Below are positions 18,686 through 27,887 of a stretch of 64,000 bases of DNA, piece by piece. The position numbers and the translations under genes are program-made. The stretch comes from Candidatus Latescibacterota bacterium (GTDB taxonomy: Bacteria; Latescibacterota; UBA2968; UBA8231): assembly GCA_965242865.1 (NCBI GenBank), contig CBDETK010000013.1:3776001-3840000 (forward strand). Reading direction: 5' to 3'. The notes below the pieces were generated by a model. That model saw only the letters and a program-made list of their open reading frames with translations. It did not search any database and was not told the DNA's origin. Positions within the stretch are counted from its first letter, which is position 1, and every line of letters starts with the position of its first letter.

Positions 18686-19624
18686 ATGGACCTCAAAAAA
18701 AACTGCTGTCCCCGCCGCCGCTGGGGCAAAACCGAGCTTTCCATACCCGTAATCCCATTCGGGACGCAGGGATTTGGCGGTCACTTCGGGCCGGTCAGCG
18801 ACGAAGAGGCCATGGCCCTGATGCGCCGGGCCGTTGATTTGGGCGTCAATCACTTTGACTGCGCCCGCTGCTACGGCGACTCGCTCCGCAAGCTGGGCCG
18901 AGCGCTCAAGGAAGGCGTCATCGCCCGCCGCGAGATCATCATCAGCGGGCGCGTATGCTGCCACAGTGCGGCTGCGTGGGGCGGCTACGGCGAGGGCCGG
19001 CCCGACTACTCGGCTGCGCGGGCTTTGGCCGATGTTGAAGACCAGCTAGAAATTTTGGCGATCGACAAATTTGACGCGCTCTTCCTCCACGACCCGCCCG
19101 AAGTGGAGCCGACCCTTGAGGCCGGCGGCGCGCTCGAAGGGCTGGAACGGGGGCGTCAGCAAGGCGTCGTGGACTTCATCGGCTATGGCATGAGGCCCCA
19201 CGACTTGCACCTCGCGCATATTGCTTCGGGCCGCACCGACGCGATGCTGTGTTTCAGCGACTACAACTTGCTCCGGCAGAGCGCGGCCGACGCCATCCTG
19301 CCAGCGGCCGCGGCCGCCGACCTTGGCGTCCTCAATGGCTGGTCGATCATGCGCGGCTGGCTGACGGGCGCGCCGGTGGAGAGCTTCATACCACGCGACA
19401 AGTGGGGCGAAGACCAGCAACGGGCCGAGGCCATGCGCTTGTGGTGCGGCGAGCAGGGCATCGACATGCTCGCGTTGACCTTGCAATTTTGCTTGCGCGA
19501 AAACCGAATCCACGGCAACCCAATCGGCTCGTTGAACATCGAGCAGCTAGAGCGGAACGTCGTGGCCGCCCTGGCCCCTATCGCGGACGACACCATCGCC
19601 GCATTTAGGGCCGCGGCCCTTTGA
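18686..19624 (+). CDS. Aldo/keto reductase
   Basis: AAAGGAGG RBS before ATG 18686; RRWGKT, GVNHFDCARCYG, LFLHDP. Confidence 0.85.
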   Translation: MDLKKNCCPRRRWGKTELSIPVIPFGTQGFGGHFGPVSDEEAMALMRRAVDLGVNHFDCARCYGDSLRKLGRALKEGVIARREIIISGRVCCHSAAAWGGYGEGRPDYSAARALADVEDQLEILAIDKFDALFLHDPPEVEPTLEAGGALEGLERGRQQGVVDFIGYGMRPHDLHLAHIASGRTDAMLCFSDYNLLRQSAADAILPAAAAADLGVLNGWSIMRGWLTGAPVESFIPRDKWGEDQQRAEAMRLWCGEQGIDMLALTLQFCLRENRIHGNPIGSLNIEQLERNVVAALAPIADDTIAAFRAAAL

Positions 19625-19643
19625 ACAGGAGCAACCTACGCGG

Positions 19644-20414
19644 ATGAGTGCTGCTGAAGAGTACTACGCGCAGACGATGGAGCTATTGCACCGGCTGCGC
19701 GATACCCAGATGGCCTCTATAGACCGGGCCGCCGAAATCTGCACCGAGAGCATTGCCAACGGCGGCTTAGTCTTTCTCTTCGGCGCAGGGCACTCGCGGA
19801 TGATGTGCGAGGAAATGACGCCGCGCCAAGGGTGCTTCGTGGGATTTTTTGCGTTGGTCGAGCTCGCGGTATCGACCCATGCGTCGATTGTCGGCACCAA
19901 TGGATTGCGCGGCCCGCTCTTTTTGGAGAAGTGCGAAGGCTACGCCGAGGAAATCCTCCAAGGATTTGAGTTCGGGCCGCACGATGCCTTCATCTTGATC
20001 TCGACGAGCGGCATTCGCCCCCTAATCGTCGAGATGGCCATGGGGGCTAAGGCGCGGGGCCTGCCCGTAATCGCCATGCTGTCGAAGCCGCACGGCGACC
20101 AGTCGCCGCCCGCGCACTCGTCGGGCAAGAAGCTGATGGATCTGGCCGATGTCGTCCTCGACAACCAATGTCCGCCGGGGGATTGCGTACTGGAGCTGGA
20201 GGGATTGGAGTGGCGGACTGGGCCGGTATCGACGGTGACCGGCGCGATGATGATGAACATGCTGCGCTGCGAGGTGGCGGAGCGGTTGTTGGCGCGGGGG
20301 ATCAAGCCGGAGCTATTGCCGAGCCATCAGTTCGTGGGCAATGCCAGTGCGGAAGAGCAGCTAGCGCGGTTTTACGAGGGCTACCGCAAGAGCCTCAAGC
20401 ATTTGTACGCGTAG
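19644..20414 (+). CDS. SIS-domain sugar isomerase (UPF0309-like)
   Basis: FGAGHS, ISTSG, HSSGKKLMDLADVVLDN, GPVST. Confidence 0.85.
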   Translation: MSAAEEYYAQTMELLHRLRDTQMASIDRAAEICTESIANGGLVFLFGAGHSRMMCEEMTPRQGCFVGFFALVELAVSTHASIVGTNGLRGPLFLEKCEGYAEEILQGFEFGPHDAFILISTSGIRPLIVEMAMGAKARGLPVIAMLSKPHGDQSPPAHSSGKKLMDLADVVLDNQCPPGDCVLELEGLEWRTGPVSTVTGAMMMNMLRCEVAERLLARGIKPELLPSHQFVGNASAEEQLARFYEGYRKSLKHLYA

Positions 20415-20442
20415 GGGCGATCCGCCTCCAATCCACTGAACC

Positions 20443-21222
20443 GTGGGCACTCTCGAAACCAAGGTTTGTCTGATCACCGGCTCCACCGGCATTGCAGCCG
20501 CCACGGCTCTGCACGCCGCTGAGGAAGGGGCCAAGGTCTTTGTCGTCTCGCGCACGGAAGCCCATTGTAGGGCACTGGCCGCACAGTTGGGTCGCCAAGG
20601 AGCGCATCGGGCCGCGGATCTGACCCAGCCGGAGCAGGTGGCCGAGGCCGTGGGGGCCTGCGTGGAGCAATGGGGGCGGATCGACGGGTTGTTCAATGTG
20701 GCGGGGATCAGCGGCCGGCGCTTGGGCGATGGGCCGCTGCACGAGTGTACCGAGGCAGGGTGGGACGCGACGCTGGACGCCAACGCCAAGAGCATGTTTT
20801 TGGCGTGCCGCACCGTGCTACAACAGATGTTGACCCAAGAACTGTGCGAAGATGGCGTGCGCGGGGCCATTCTCAACATGGCCAGTGTGTTGGCCTTTGC
20901 GCCGGAGCGGAGGTTTTTTGCCTCGCATGCCTATGCGGCCAGCAAGGGGGCGATTGTGTCCCTGAGCAAGGCCATGGCCAGCTACTACGCGCCGCACGGG
21001 ATTCGGGTCAATGCCATTGCGCCGGCACTGGTGGAGACCCCCATGAGCAAGCGGGCTGGAGAAAGCGCGGAAATCATGGCGTTTATGCGCGACAAGCAGC
21101 CGCTCGGAGCGATGATGAGCGCGGCGGATGTGGCGGGGATGGCGGTCTTTTTGCTGGGGGACCGAGCGCGGGCCATTACCGGGGCCGTAGTTCCCGTAGA
21201 TGCGGGTTGGTGCGTAAGCTGA
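20443..21222 (+). CDS. SDR family oxidoreductase
   Basis: ITGSTGIA, NVAG, YAASK, IRVNAIAP, ITG..VPVDAG. Confidence 0.9.
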   Translation: MGTLETKVCLITGSTGIAAATALHAAEEGAKVFVVSRTEAHCRALAAQLGRQGAHRAADLTQPEQVAEAVGACVEQWGRIDGLFNVAGISGRRLGDGPLHECTEAGWDATLDANAKSMFLACRTVLQQMLTQELCEDGVRGAILNMASVLAFAPERRFFASHAYAASKGAIVSLSKAMASYYAPHGIRVNAIAPALVETPMSKRAGESAEIMAFMRDKQPLGAMMSAADVAGMAVFLLGDRARAITGAVVPVDAGWCVS

Positions 21223-21237
21223 CGAGGAGAGGGCACT

Positions 21238-22215
21238 ATGAAAGAATACGTCATTGGCTTTGACGTGGGCGGCACTCGGGTCAAAAGCGGCGCGGTGACT
21301 CGGCGGGGGCGGATGCTGGCGCCGGGCATCAATCCGTCGGGTTTTGCGCTGGGCATGGGCAATTTGCTCAAGACGCTGCAAGGAGAATGTGCGCGGATTT
21401 CCGAGCAGGTCGGCGGCAAGCCGCAGGCCATTGGCTTGGGCTTTCCCGGGGCCGTGGATCCCGAGGTCGGCGTGGTGTACATGCCGGGGAAGATCAAGGG
21501 GTTGGAGGGCTATCCCATTGTCAAACGGCTGGCCAAGGCCACGGGGATTTCGGTCGTCGCCGACAACGATGGTCGCATCTCCATCTATGCCGAGCGACAC
21601 TACGGCCTAGCGCGGGATTTGGATTGGGCGGTGACCATCACCCTCGGCACGGGCGTTGGCTCTGGGGTTTTGCTGGACGGCAAAATTCTGCGCGACCCCC
21701 ATCTCCAGTTCGGGACCCAGATGAGCCATATCGTCATGCAGGCGCTGGGGGGGAGGCTGTGCCTGACCAATGCCCGGGGCACCGCCGAGATGATGTGCTC
21801 GGCCACGGCCCTGACTCAGCAGGTGCGGGACGGGCTGGCGCGCGGCATTCCCTCGGTCTTGAGCGACCCGTACTTCAAGGACCCCAACGCCATTGACTTC
21901 AAGGCGGTGATCCGCGGCGTGGTGCGTCGGGACCGGCTCTGCGTGGACGAGTTGGAGCACTGGACCCGCAATCTGGGTTGGCTGCTGGTCAGCGCGGTAC
22001 ACGTGTACGCGCCCCAGCGGATCATCCTCAGCGGCGGGGCTACCAATGCGGCCAAGCACTTTCTCGAGCCGCTGCAAACGCAAGTGAACGAGCACTTATT
22101 CCGCCATCCGGCCGGCGCAGGAGTGCCGATTGTGCTGTCCAAGCTGCGCGACCACGCTGGCGTTTTGGGGACGGCGGCAATCGCTTGGGAACGCGCCGAT
22201 GGAGAAAAGACGTGA
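21238..22215 (+). CDS. ROK family sugar kinase
   Basis: GFDVGGT, GFPG, DNDG, TLGTGVGSG, ILSGG, AGVLG. Confidence 0.85.
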   Translation: MKEYVIGFDVGGTRVKSGAVTRRGRMLAPGINPSGFALGMGNLLKTLQGECARISEQVGGKPQAIGLGFPGAVDPEVGVVYMPGKIKGLEGYPIVKRLAKATGISVVADNDGRISIYAERHYGLARDLDWAVTITLGTGVGSGVLLDGKILRDPHLQFGTQMSHIVMQALGGRLCLTNARGTAEMMCSATALTQQVRDGLARGIPSVLSDPYFKDPNAIDFKAVIRGVVRRDRLCVDELEHWTRNLGWLLVSAVHVYAPQRIILSGGATNAAKHFLEPLQTQVNEHLFRHPAGAGVPIVLSKLRDHAGVLGTAAIAWERADGEKT

Positions 22216-23240
22216 AAGAGCAACCCCTGCGGACCACCGTGATCGGCTCCTACCCCTTCCCGAGCTGGCTCGAACACGCGGCTGAGCACCTCGATGCTTT
22301 TGGGCCGGACGACATCGCCGAGATGCAGGACGACGCGGTCGTTGCCGCGGTCGGCGACCAAGTGCGCGCCGGGTTGGACGTCGTCACCGACGGCGAGCAA
22401 ACCCGTTTTGATTTTAACCTCTCCTTTTACGGCTATCTAGAAGGCATCGACCTAGAGTCCGCCCCGCCTAGACGCTTCGGCCCGCCCGCCCACGACCAGC
22501 GTGGGCGTCATGCAATCACTGGCCCGCTGCAAGCACCGCACGGCTTGGGGGCCGTGGAGGAGTTTGCGCGGCTCAAGCGGTTGGCACCAGCAGGGCCAAC
22601 GCTCAAGGCCAGCGTGCCGGGGCCTTACACCTTGAGCGGCCGCTTGGTCCCCAACGGCCAGTACCCAGACCGCTGGGCCGTGACCGAGGCGTTGTTGCCG
22701 ATGGTGCGGAGCGAGTTGGAGGCACTCTGTGCGGCGGGTTGCACGGAATTGACCGTTGATGAGCCGTCGATGAGTTGCTATGCCCACCGCGAGGATCCAG
22801 CGCGTTTTGTCGATATCTTCAACCGCACGGTCGAAGCCGTCGTGGGCCAGTGCCGGCTCTCGACCCACCTGTGCTTTGGCAATTACAAGGGCCGCGCCGT
22901 GGGGCTGCGCCGCTACGCACCCATGTTCCCGGCGTTCTTGGACATGCAGGTCGATGAGATGCACGTTGAAATGGCCAGCCGCGAGTTCGCCGAGCTGGAG
23001 ATCATCACCCCGATTGCCGAGAACATGGACGTGGCGGTGGGAATCGTCGATGTGAAGAGCTACTACATAGAAACCGTAGAGGACATCGCGGCGCGGGTGG
23101 AGGCGTGCTTGGAATACGCGCCAGCCGACAAGCTCGCCTTTGCGCCCGATTGCGGGCTGAGCCAAACGGCGCGCTGGGCGGCGCGGCAGAAGCTAAAGAA
23201 TATGGTGGCTGGGGTGCGCGCCGTGCGGGCGAAGCTGTGA
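22212..23240 (+). CDS. Cobalamin-independent methionine synthase II-like (single-barrel, Zn) enzyme
   Basis: GTG start overlapping the ROK stop; TTVIGSYP, DVVTDGEQ, VDEP, HLCFGN, PDCGL. Confidence 0.85.
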   Translation: MKEQPLRTTVIGSYPFPSWLEHAAEHLDAFGPDDIAEMQDDAVVAAVGDQVRAGLDVVTDGEQTRFDFNLSFYGYLEGIDLESAPPRRFGPPAHDQRGRHAITGPLQAPHGLGAVEEFARLKRLAPAGPTLKASVPGPYTLSGRLVPNGQYPDRWAVTEALLPMVRSELEALCAAGCTELTVDEPSMSCYAHREDPARFVDIFNRTVEAVVGQCRLSTHLCFGNYKGRAVGLRRYAPMFPAFLDMQVDEMHVEMASREFAELEIITPIAENMDVAVGIVDVKSYYIETVEDIAARVEACLEYAPADKLAFAPDCGLSQTARWAARQKLKNMVAGVRAVRAKL

Positions 23241-23323
23241 GCGGATTGCCAACGCGGAGGAAGCAATGAGCTATAAACCAGTGGCGGTGATATGGGAAAG
23301 CGGGAGGGGAGGGGCCAGCCGCC

Positions 23324-24253
23324 ATGCCTGATTTGACTAAAGCCGCGCAACGCCGAGCAAAAGCCTCATTCTCGAGCGCATTACAGAACTTTGTCCAGAA
23401 AATGAGGGAGCATGTTAGCGCAGAGGACGGAGCATGGACTGTTAAGGGCTTCATCGACATTTACCGGAATATCTATACCATTAGCCCAGACACAAAAATT
23501 ATCTCAAAGATCCTCGAAATCCATCTGTTTCCCCAGATTCTTGAGTTTGCACAGGAACATGGCTACTCGATCGTACTGGCCGAGCATCAGAATTGGTATC
23601 CCGATCTAAGTTTCGTCAGCCAAGAGAATCTAAACCTCAAGTTCGCGGTTGATTTGAAGACGACGTATCGAGCCCTTGAGTTTCCTGGACATGTCAACGG
23701 ATTCACGCTCGGAAGTCACGGAGCGTACTTTAAAGACCGGACATCAGAAAAAAATATCCAGTTTCCATATAGCGACTATTCGGGACACTTTTGTCTCGGC
23801 ATAATCTACACCCGAGCTGACGCCAAAGCTATTGACGAGACTGAAGTCATCAACGTTCGCGAGCTCGATGAGGACAAAGTACGTCCTCATCGCCCAGGGC
23901 AACGAGCTGTAACGACAGTGGAAAATCTCTGCTCTATTGCGTCGGTGATCAAGGATTTTCAATTTTTCGTCTGCGAAAAGTGGCAACTGGCCAGTGATCG
24001 ACAAGGCTCTGGAAATACGGCTAACATTGGATCAATTACTGCCATTGACGACATTTTACAAGGGAATGGAATTTTTGCGAAGCTAGGCGAGGATTGGTTT
24101 GACGAATACTGGATGAACTACGGTGTTACAAAAATGAAGAAGGGCGGAAAAGCGATAGCAATCAAAAGGCTGGAAGACTTCGTCGCCTTCAAAGGAGGCG
24201 ACAAGGACATGGTTGTCCCTGTCAAAAAGAAGATAAGAGAGAAGAGAACGTGA
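23324..24253 (+). CDS. EcoRV-family type II restriction endonuclease
   Basis: DTKIISKILE, QNWYPDL..AVDLKTTY (PD..DxK), FTLGS, GSGNTANIGS; lower GC than flanks. Confidence 0.9.
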   Translation: MPDLTKAAQRRAKASFSSALQNFVQKMREHVSAEDGAWTVKGFIDIYRNIYTISPDTKIISKILEIHLFPQILEFAQEHGYSIVLAEHQNWYPDLSFVSQENLNLKFAVDLKTTYRALEFPGHVNGFTLGSHGAYFKDRTSEKNIQFPYSDYSGHFCLGIIYTRADAKAIDETEVINVRELDEDKVRPHRPGQRAVTTVENLCSIASVIKDFQFFVCEKWQLASDRQGSGNTANIGSITAIDDILQGNGIFAKLGEDWFDEYWMNYGVTKMKKGGKAIAIKRLEDFVAFKGGDKDMVVPVKKKIREKRT

Positions 24254-25203
24254 GGCGCGTCGTCGTTCCGCCAATTAAAAGCCAAGGGATCAAGACCAAA
24301 CTGGTGCCGTGGATACAGGCCCTTGTGCCCAAAGTTGAGGGGCGGTGGATAGAGCCGTTTTTGGGTACTGGCGTCGTCGCCTTTAATGCGGGATTCAAGG
24401 CAGCCTTGCTCGGCGATACCAACCCCCATATTATCCGCTTCTATCAGCAGATTCAACAGGGCCTCATCCACCCCTCGCACGTCCGCACCTATCTCGAAAA
24501 AGAAGGGAGGCATCTGCGACAGGCCGGTCGCAATGGATATGACCACTTCACGCACATAAGGAATCGCTTCAATCGGGGCCACGATCCACTCGACTTTTTA
24601 TTTCTCTCCAGAGCGGGTTTCAATGGGATGATGCGATTCAACAAAAAAGGCGAGTGGAACATCCCCTTCTGCAAAAAGCCAGAGCGCTTCAGCCGTTCCT
24701 ACATCACCAAAATAGTGAACCAAGTCCGCGATGTGGCCTGCTTAATTCAACAGGGATGGACATTTGAGACTGCCCCATTCGAGGACGTGATTGTGCAGGC
24801 GACAGGTGACGACCTCATTTACTGCGATCCACCCTACACTGGCCGGTACGTCGATTACTACAACGGCTGGACGGAGGCCGACGAGGCGCGTCTTTGCCAA
24901 CTGCTTTCAGCGACTCCGGCGCGGTTTATTCTCTCTACGTGGCATCACAACGACTACCGAGAAAACGAAATGGTAGAGCGCCATTGGAACCAATTCAATG
25001 TCATAACCCGCGATCACTTTTACCACTCTGGTGGCAAGATAGAAAACAGGCGTTCGGTTGTCGAAGCGTTGGTTTTCAACTTTTCAGCCCACATCGAACA
25101 GCACAATCATGGCGTGGTGCCCAAGCCAGAACAGCTAATGCTGCTTGAAGAGCGGGCTGAGTATGTCACTCGGCAACTGAGGCGAGGTACGAGTAGCTTC
25201 TAG
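24250..25203 (+). CDS. Dam/M.EcoRV-family N6-adenine DNA methyltransferase
   Basis: PPIKSQGIKTKL, EPFLGTG, R.GFNGMMRFN, DPPY. Confidence 0.92.
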   Translation: MRRVVVPPIKSQGIKTKLVPWIQALVPKVEGRWIEPFLGTGVVAFNAGFKAALLGDTNPHIIRFYQQIQQGLIHPSHVRTYLEKEGRHLRQAGRNGYDHFTHIRNRFNRGHDPLDFLFLSRAGFNGMMRFNKKGEWNIPFCKKPERFSRSYITKIVNQVRDVACLIQQGWTFETAPFEDVIVQATGDDLIYCDPPYTGRYVDYYNGWTEADEARLCQLLSATPARFILSTWHHNDYRENEMVERHWNQFNVITRDHFYHSGGKIENRRSVVEALVFNFSAHIEQHNHGVVPKPEQLMLLEERAEYVTRQLRRGTSSF

Positions 25204-25293
25204 AACAATAAAACGAAGTCGAATATCGGCTGGACTACGTCCCGCTCAACCGGCTTTTCATCGGAATGATTCCCAAAGAAGCCATTCCAACTT

Positions 25294-26100
25294 CTAGGGC
25301 TTGTGATCCGTGTCAATCGGCACTTCGTCGTTGGCCAGAAAGCGCTCGGTGGTATTGTGGGTCGCTGGGTTGGTGCGGAAATCGGCGATCCAAGGCTGGC
25401 GGAAATAGGCCAGCTTTTCGCGCGGCAGGCCGTGCAGCACGGCCGGGGGGATCTTCAGCCGATGCCAGTGGGTGGCCAAATGCGAATAGGCGTGGAGGAC
25501 GGTGACGCGCGGGGTGTCGCGCTGCCACACCGGCCCGGCGTGGCACAAGTTCTCAGTGAAAAAAACCGCGCTGCCGGCCGGGCAAGCATACGTGGTGAGG
25601 AAGGGACTGCGCTTGCCCTCTTCCAGCGACAAATGATCCTCGTGAATGGGGAATTCCGACTTGTGGCTGCCGATCAAGAAATGGGTGCTCTGGTCTTCCA
25701 ACGCAATATCGGTCAATTCAAAAATGACCCGCACCATACCGGCGTGGATGCGCCCGTTTTTCACCCGGTAACCAAAAATGGGATCGGCTTGTCTAGGGCC
25801 GCCCCCGTGCAGCGGCCCGTGTTCCTCGCCCTTTTCGCGCCACACGCAGCCACAGCCTTCTAATCGTATATCGGGCCCGATCACTTCCCGGATCACATCG
25901 ACCACTTGGGGATGGTCGATCAGCACGCTGGCCGGGCCGCCAGGCACATCGCGGTGCTCGGGCGGCAGCGATTGGGGATCGTGTTTGATGCGGTCGATCT
26001 GCTCGACGATGGCGGCAACTTGGGCTGGCTCCAAGACGGCGGGGCGGACCAAAAAGCCGGTGAGGTCAAAGCGGAAGCGTTCTTCTTCGGTCATGGCCAT
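25294..26100 (-). CDS. PhyH-family Fe(II)/2OG enzyme with HxG ligand motif
   Basis: Start MAMTEEERFRFDLTGFL after GGAGAG; LHGG, IGSHK, AGSAVFF.ENLCH, R. Confidence 0.8.
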   Translation of the reverse strand: MAMTEEERFRFDLTGFLVRPAVLEPAQVAAIVEQIDRIKHDPQSLPPEHRDVPGGPASVLIDHPQVVDVIREVIGPDIRLEGCGCVWREKGEEHGPLHGGGPRQADPIFGYRVKNGRIHAGMVRVIFELTDIALEDQSTHFLIGSHKSEFPIHEDHLSLEEGKRSPFLTTYACPAGSAVFFTENLCHAGPVWQRDTPRVTVLHAYSHLATHWHRLKIPPAVLHGLPREKLAYFRQPWIADFRTNPATHNTTERFLANDEVPIDTDHKP

Positions 26101-26244
26101 GATATCTCTCCGGCGTTCAAGATACCCCAATCCACGGCTGCAATCAAGCACCGCGCCCACGCGGAAAAAGGCGTGGAAAAGCGGCTGGGACAGCGGGCGG
26201 AGTTCATAGCGCGATAGCCCTCTCTTTGTTAGGTTCCGGTTCCG

Positions 26245-27858
26245 GTGAATTGCCTGACAACCTTGGCGGACCAACTCAACGCACTGGAGGCGACCATGCG
26301 AACGGCCGCGCCCAACTACGGCATTATGTACAACTGGGACGGTGCGCCCCACGGCTACAGCGAGTACCCCCAATCGCTGGCGCAGTTCCTCGACAAAGTG
26401 TACGCGCCGTTGATCGATACTCAGGTGGGTGCTCTATGCTGGTGCGTAGGCATCCACGAAGTGCCTTGGCCTTCGCAGCAATTGGATATGGTGGGCGCAG
26501 CGACCGAGCGGCGCTACGATTCAGTGCAGACGATGCGCCACACCGAAAATATCCGCGCCTTTTTCGAGCGAGGGGACGATCTGTACGGGGCGTTAGTGCA
26601 GCGCGGGCGCGAACTGGGCCTGGCGGTGCTGCCGTCGTTGCGCATGAACGACAATCACTTCTGGGATTTGCGCCCGGGCGATTTGGGCGGCTTGCAGCGG
26701 GCTGAGTTGACGCCGCTGCGGCAGCAACACCCCGAGTGGCTTTTGGGCGAGGAGCAGGCCCCGGGCTGGGCTTCGACCTCGTGGAACATGGCCATCCCCG
26801 CAGTGCGAACGCACCTCTTGCAGCGCGTCGTCGAGGCCTGTGGTTTGGCCGACTGGGACGGCGTTGAATTGGATTGGCAGCGGCACGCCTTTCACCTGCC
26901 AGCCGACGACGCGTACCGCTTGCGCTACGTCTTGACCGATCTCATGCGGGCCGTGCGGGCGCAAACCGACCGGATTGCCGCGGAGCGAGGGCGGCCCTTT
27001 TACGTGGCCGTGCGGGTGGCCACGACCTTTGAAGCCTGCCGCCGCATTGGCTACGATGTCGAGGCTTGGGTGCGGGATGGATTGTGCGATGTGGTCGTCA
27101 GCGGCGGCAATTCGGGGACCGATCCGGGGGCCGAGGTCGAGCGTTTTGTCGAATTGTGCCGTCCCCACGGCGTGCGCTTTTACGCGGGCTTTGACTCGGA
27201 CGGACGGCAGCGGGCGCGGCGACTGCGGCCCCACGAATCGTGGCGGGTGGATTGGTTCCGCGGCTTGGCGCACGACCAGTTAAGGCGCGGGGCCGATGGC
27301 GTACACGTCTTCAACTGGCACGGCCACGCCGAGACACACCGACCGTTGCTTACGACCCTAGGATCGGCAAAAACGCTGGCCGGCTTGGACAAAGTGTACA
27401 CCGCCTTGCACCGCAGCATCGGCCCCAAGACCGGGAACCGAGTGGATGCCGAGCGCGACGACCGCCTGTACGGGGAGGTGCCGGTAGAGTTGTATCCCAC
27501 GCAAACGGACAGCGGGCCGATTTTCCACATCCGCGTCGCCGACGAGGTCGAGACCGAGGGCCTGCTGGCGGCCGCCGAGTTGCAGATCGAAATGGCCCAT
27601 TGGTCGCCCCTAGATCGAATCGAAGCGCGGTTGGACAGGGCCGCGTTGGGGCCGCCGACGGTGCGCGATGCGGCGGCTGAAGATGCGGCCGACCCGAGCG
27701 AGGTGTCGGAAAACGCTTGGCTTTGCTGGTGCTTGACCGCGGCCCAGGTGAGGCGCGGCGTCCACCAAGTTCGGCTGCGGCTGCTAGGGCGCGACCGACG
27801 GCTGCGGGTGCCGTTGCGCGTCGAACACGTGGAAATCTATTTGCAGTACCGCCGGTAG
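26245..27858 (+). CDS. Putative glycoside-hydrolase-like TIM-barrel protein (GHL10/DUF187-like)
   Basis: YNWDG, SLRMNDNH, HPEW, DGVELDWQRH, GADGVHVFNW; beta-rich C-terminus. Confidence 0.6.
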   Translation: MNCLTTLADQLNALEATMRTAAPNYGIMYNWDGAPHGYSEYPQSLAQFLDKVYAPLIDTQVGALCWCVGIHEVPWPSQQLDMVGAATERRYDSVQTMRHTENIRAFFERGDDLYGALVQRGRELGLAVLPSLRMNDNHFWDLRPGDLGGLQRAELTPLRQQHPEWLLGEEQAPGWASTSWNMAIPAVRTHLLQRVVEACGLADWDGVELDWQRHAFHLPADDAYRLRYVLTDLMRAVRAQTDRIAAERGRPFYVAVRVATTFEACRRIGYDVEAWVRDGLCDVVVSGGNSGTDPGAEVERFVELCRPHGVRFYAGFDSDGRQRARRLRPHESWRVDWFRGLAHDQLRRGADGVHVFNWHGHAETHRPLLTTLGSAKTLAGLDKVYTALHRSIGPKTGNRVDAERDDRLYGEVPVELYPTQTDSGPIFHIRVADEVETEGLLAAAELQIEMAHWSPLDRIEARLDRAALGPPTVRDAAAEDAADPSEVSENAWLCWCLTAAQVRRGVHQVRLRLLGRDRRLRVPLRVEHVEIYLQYRR

Positions 27859-27887
27859 AATTTTCGTTCATTGGAGTGAACCACTCA

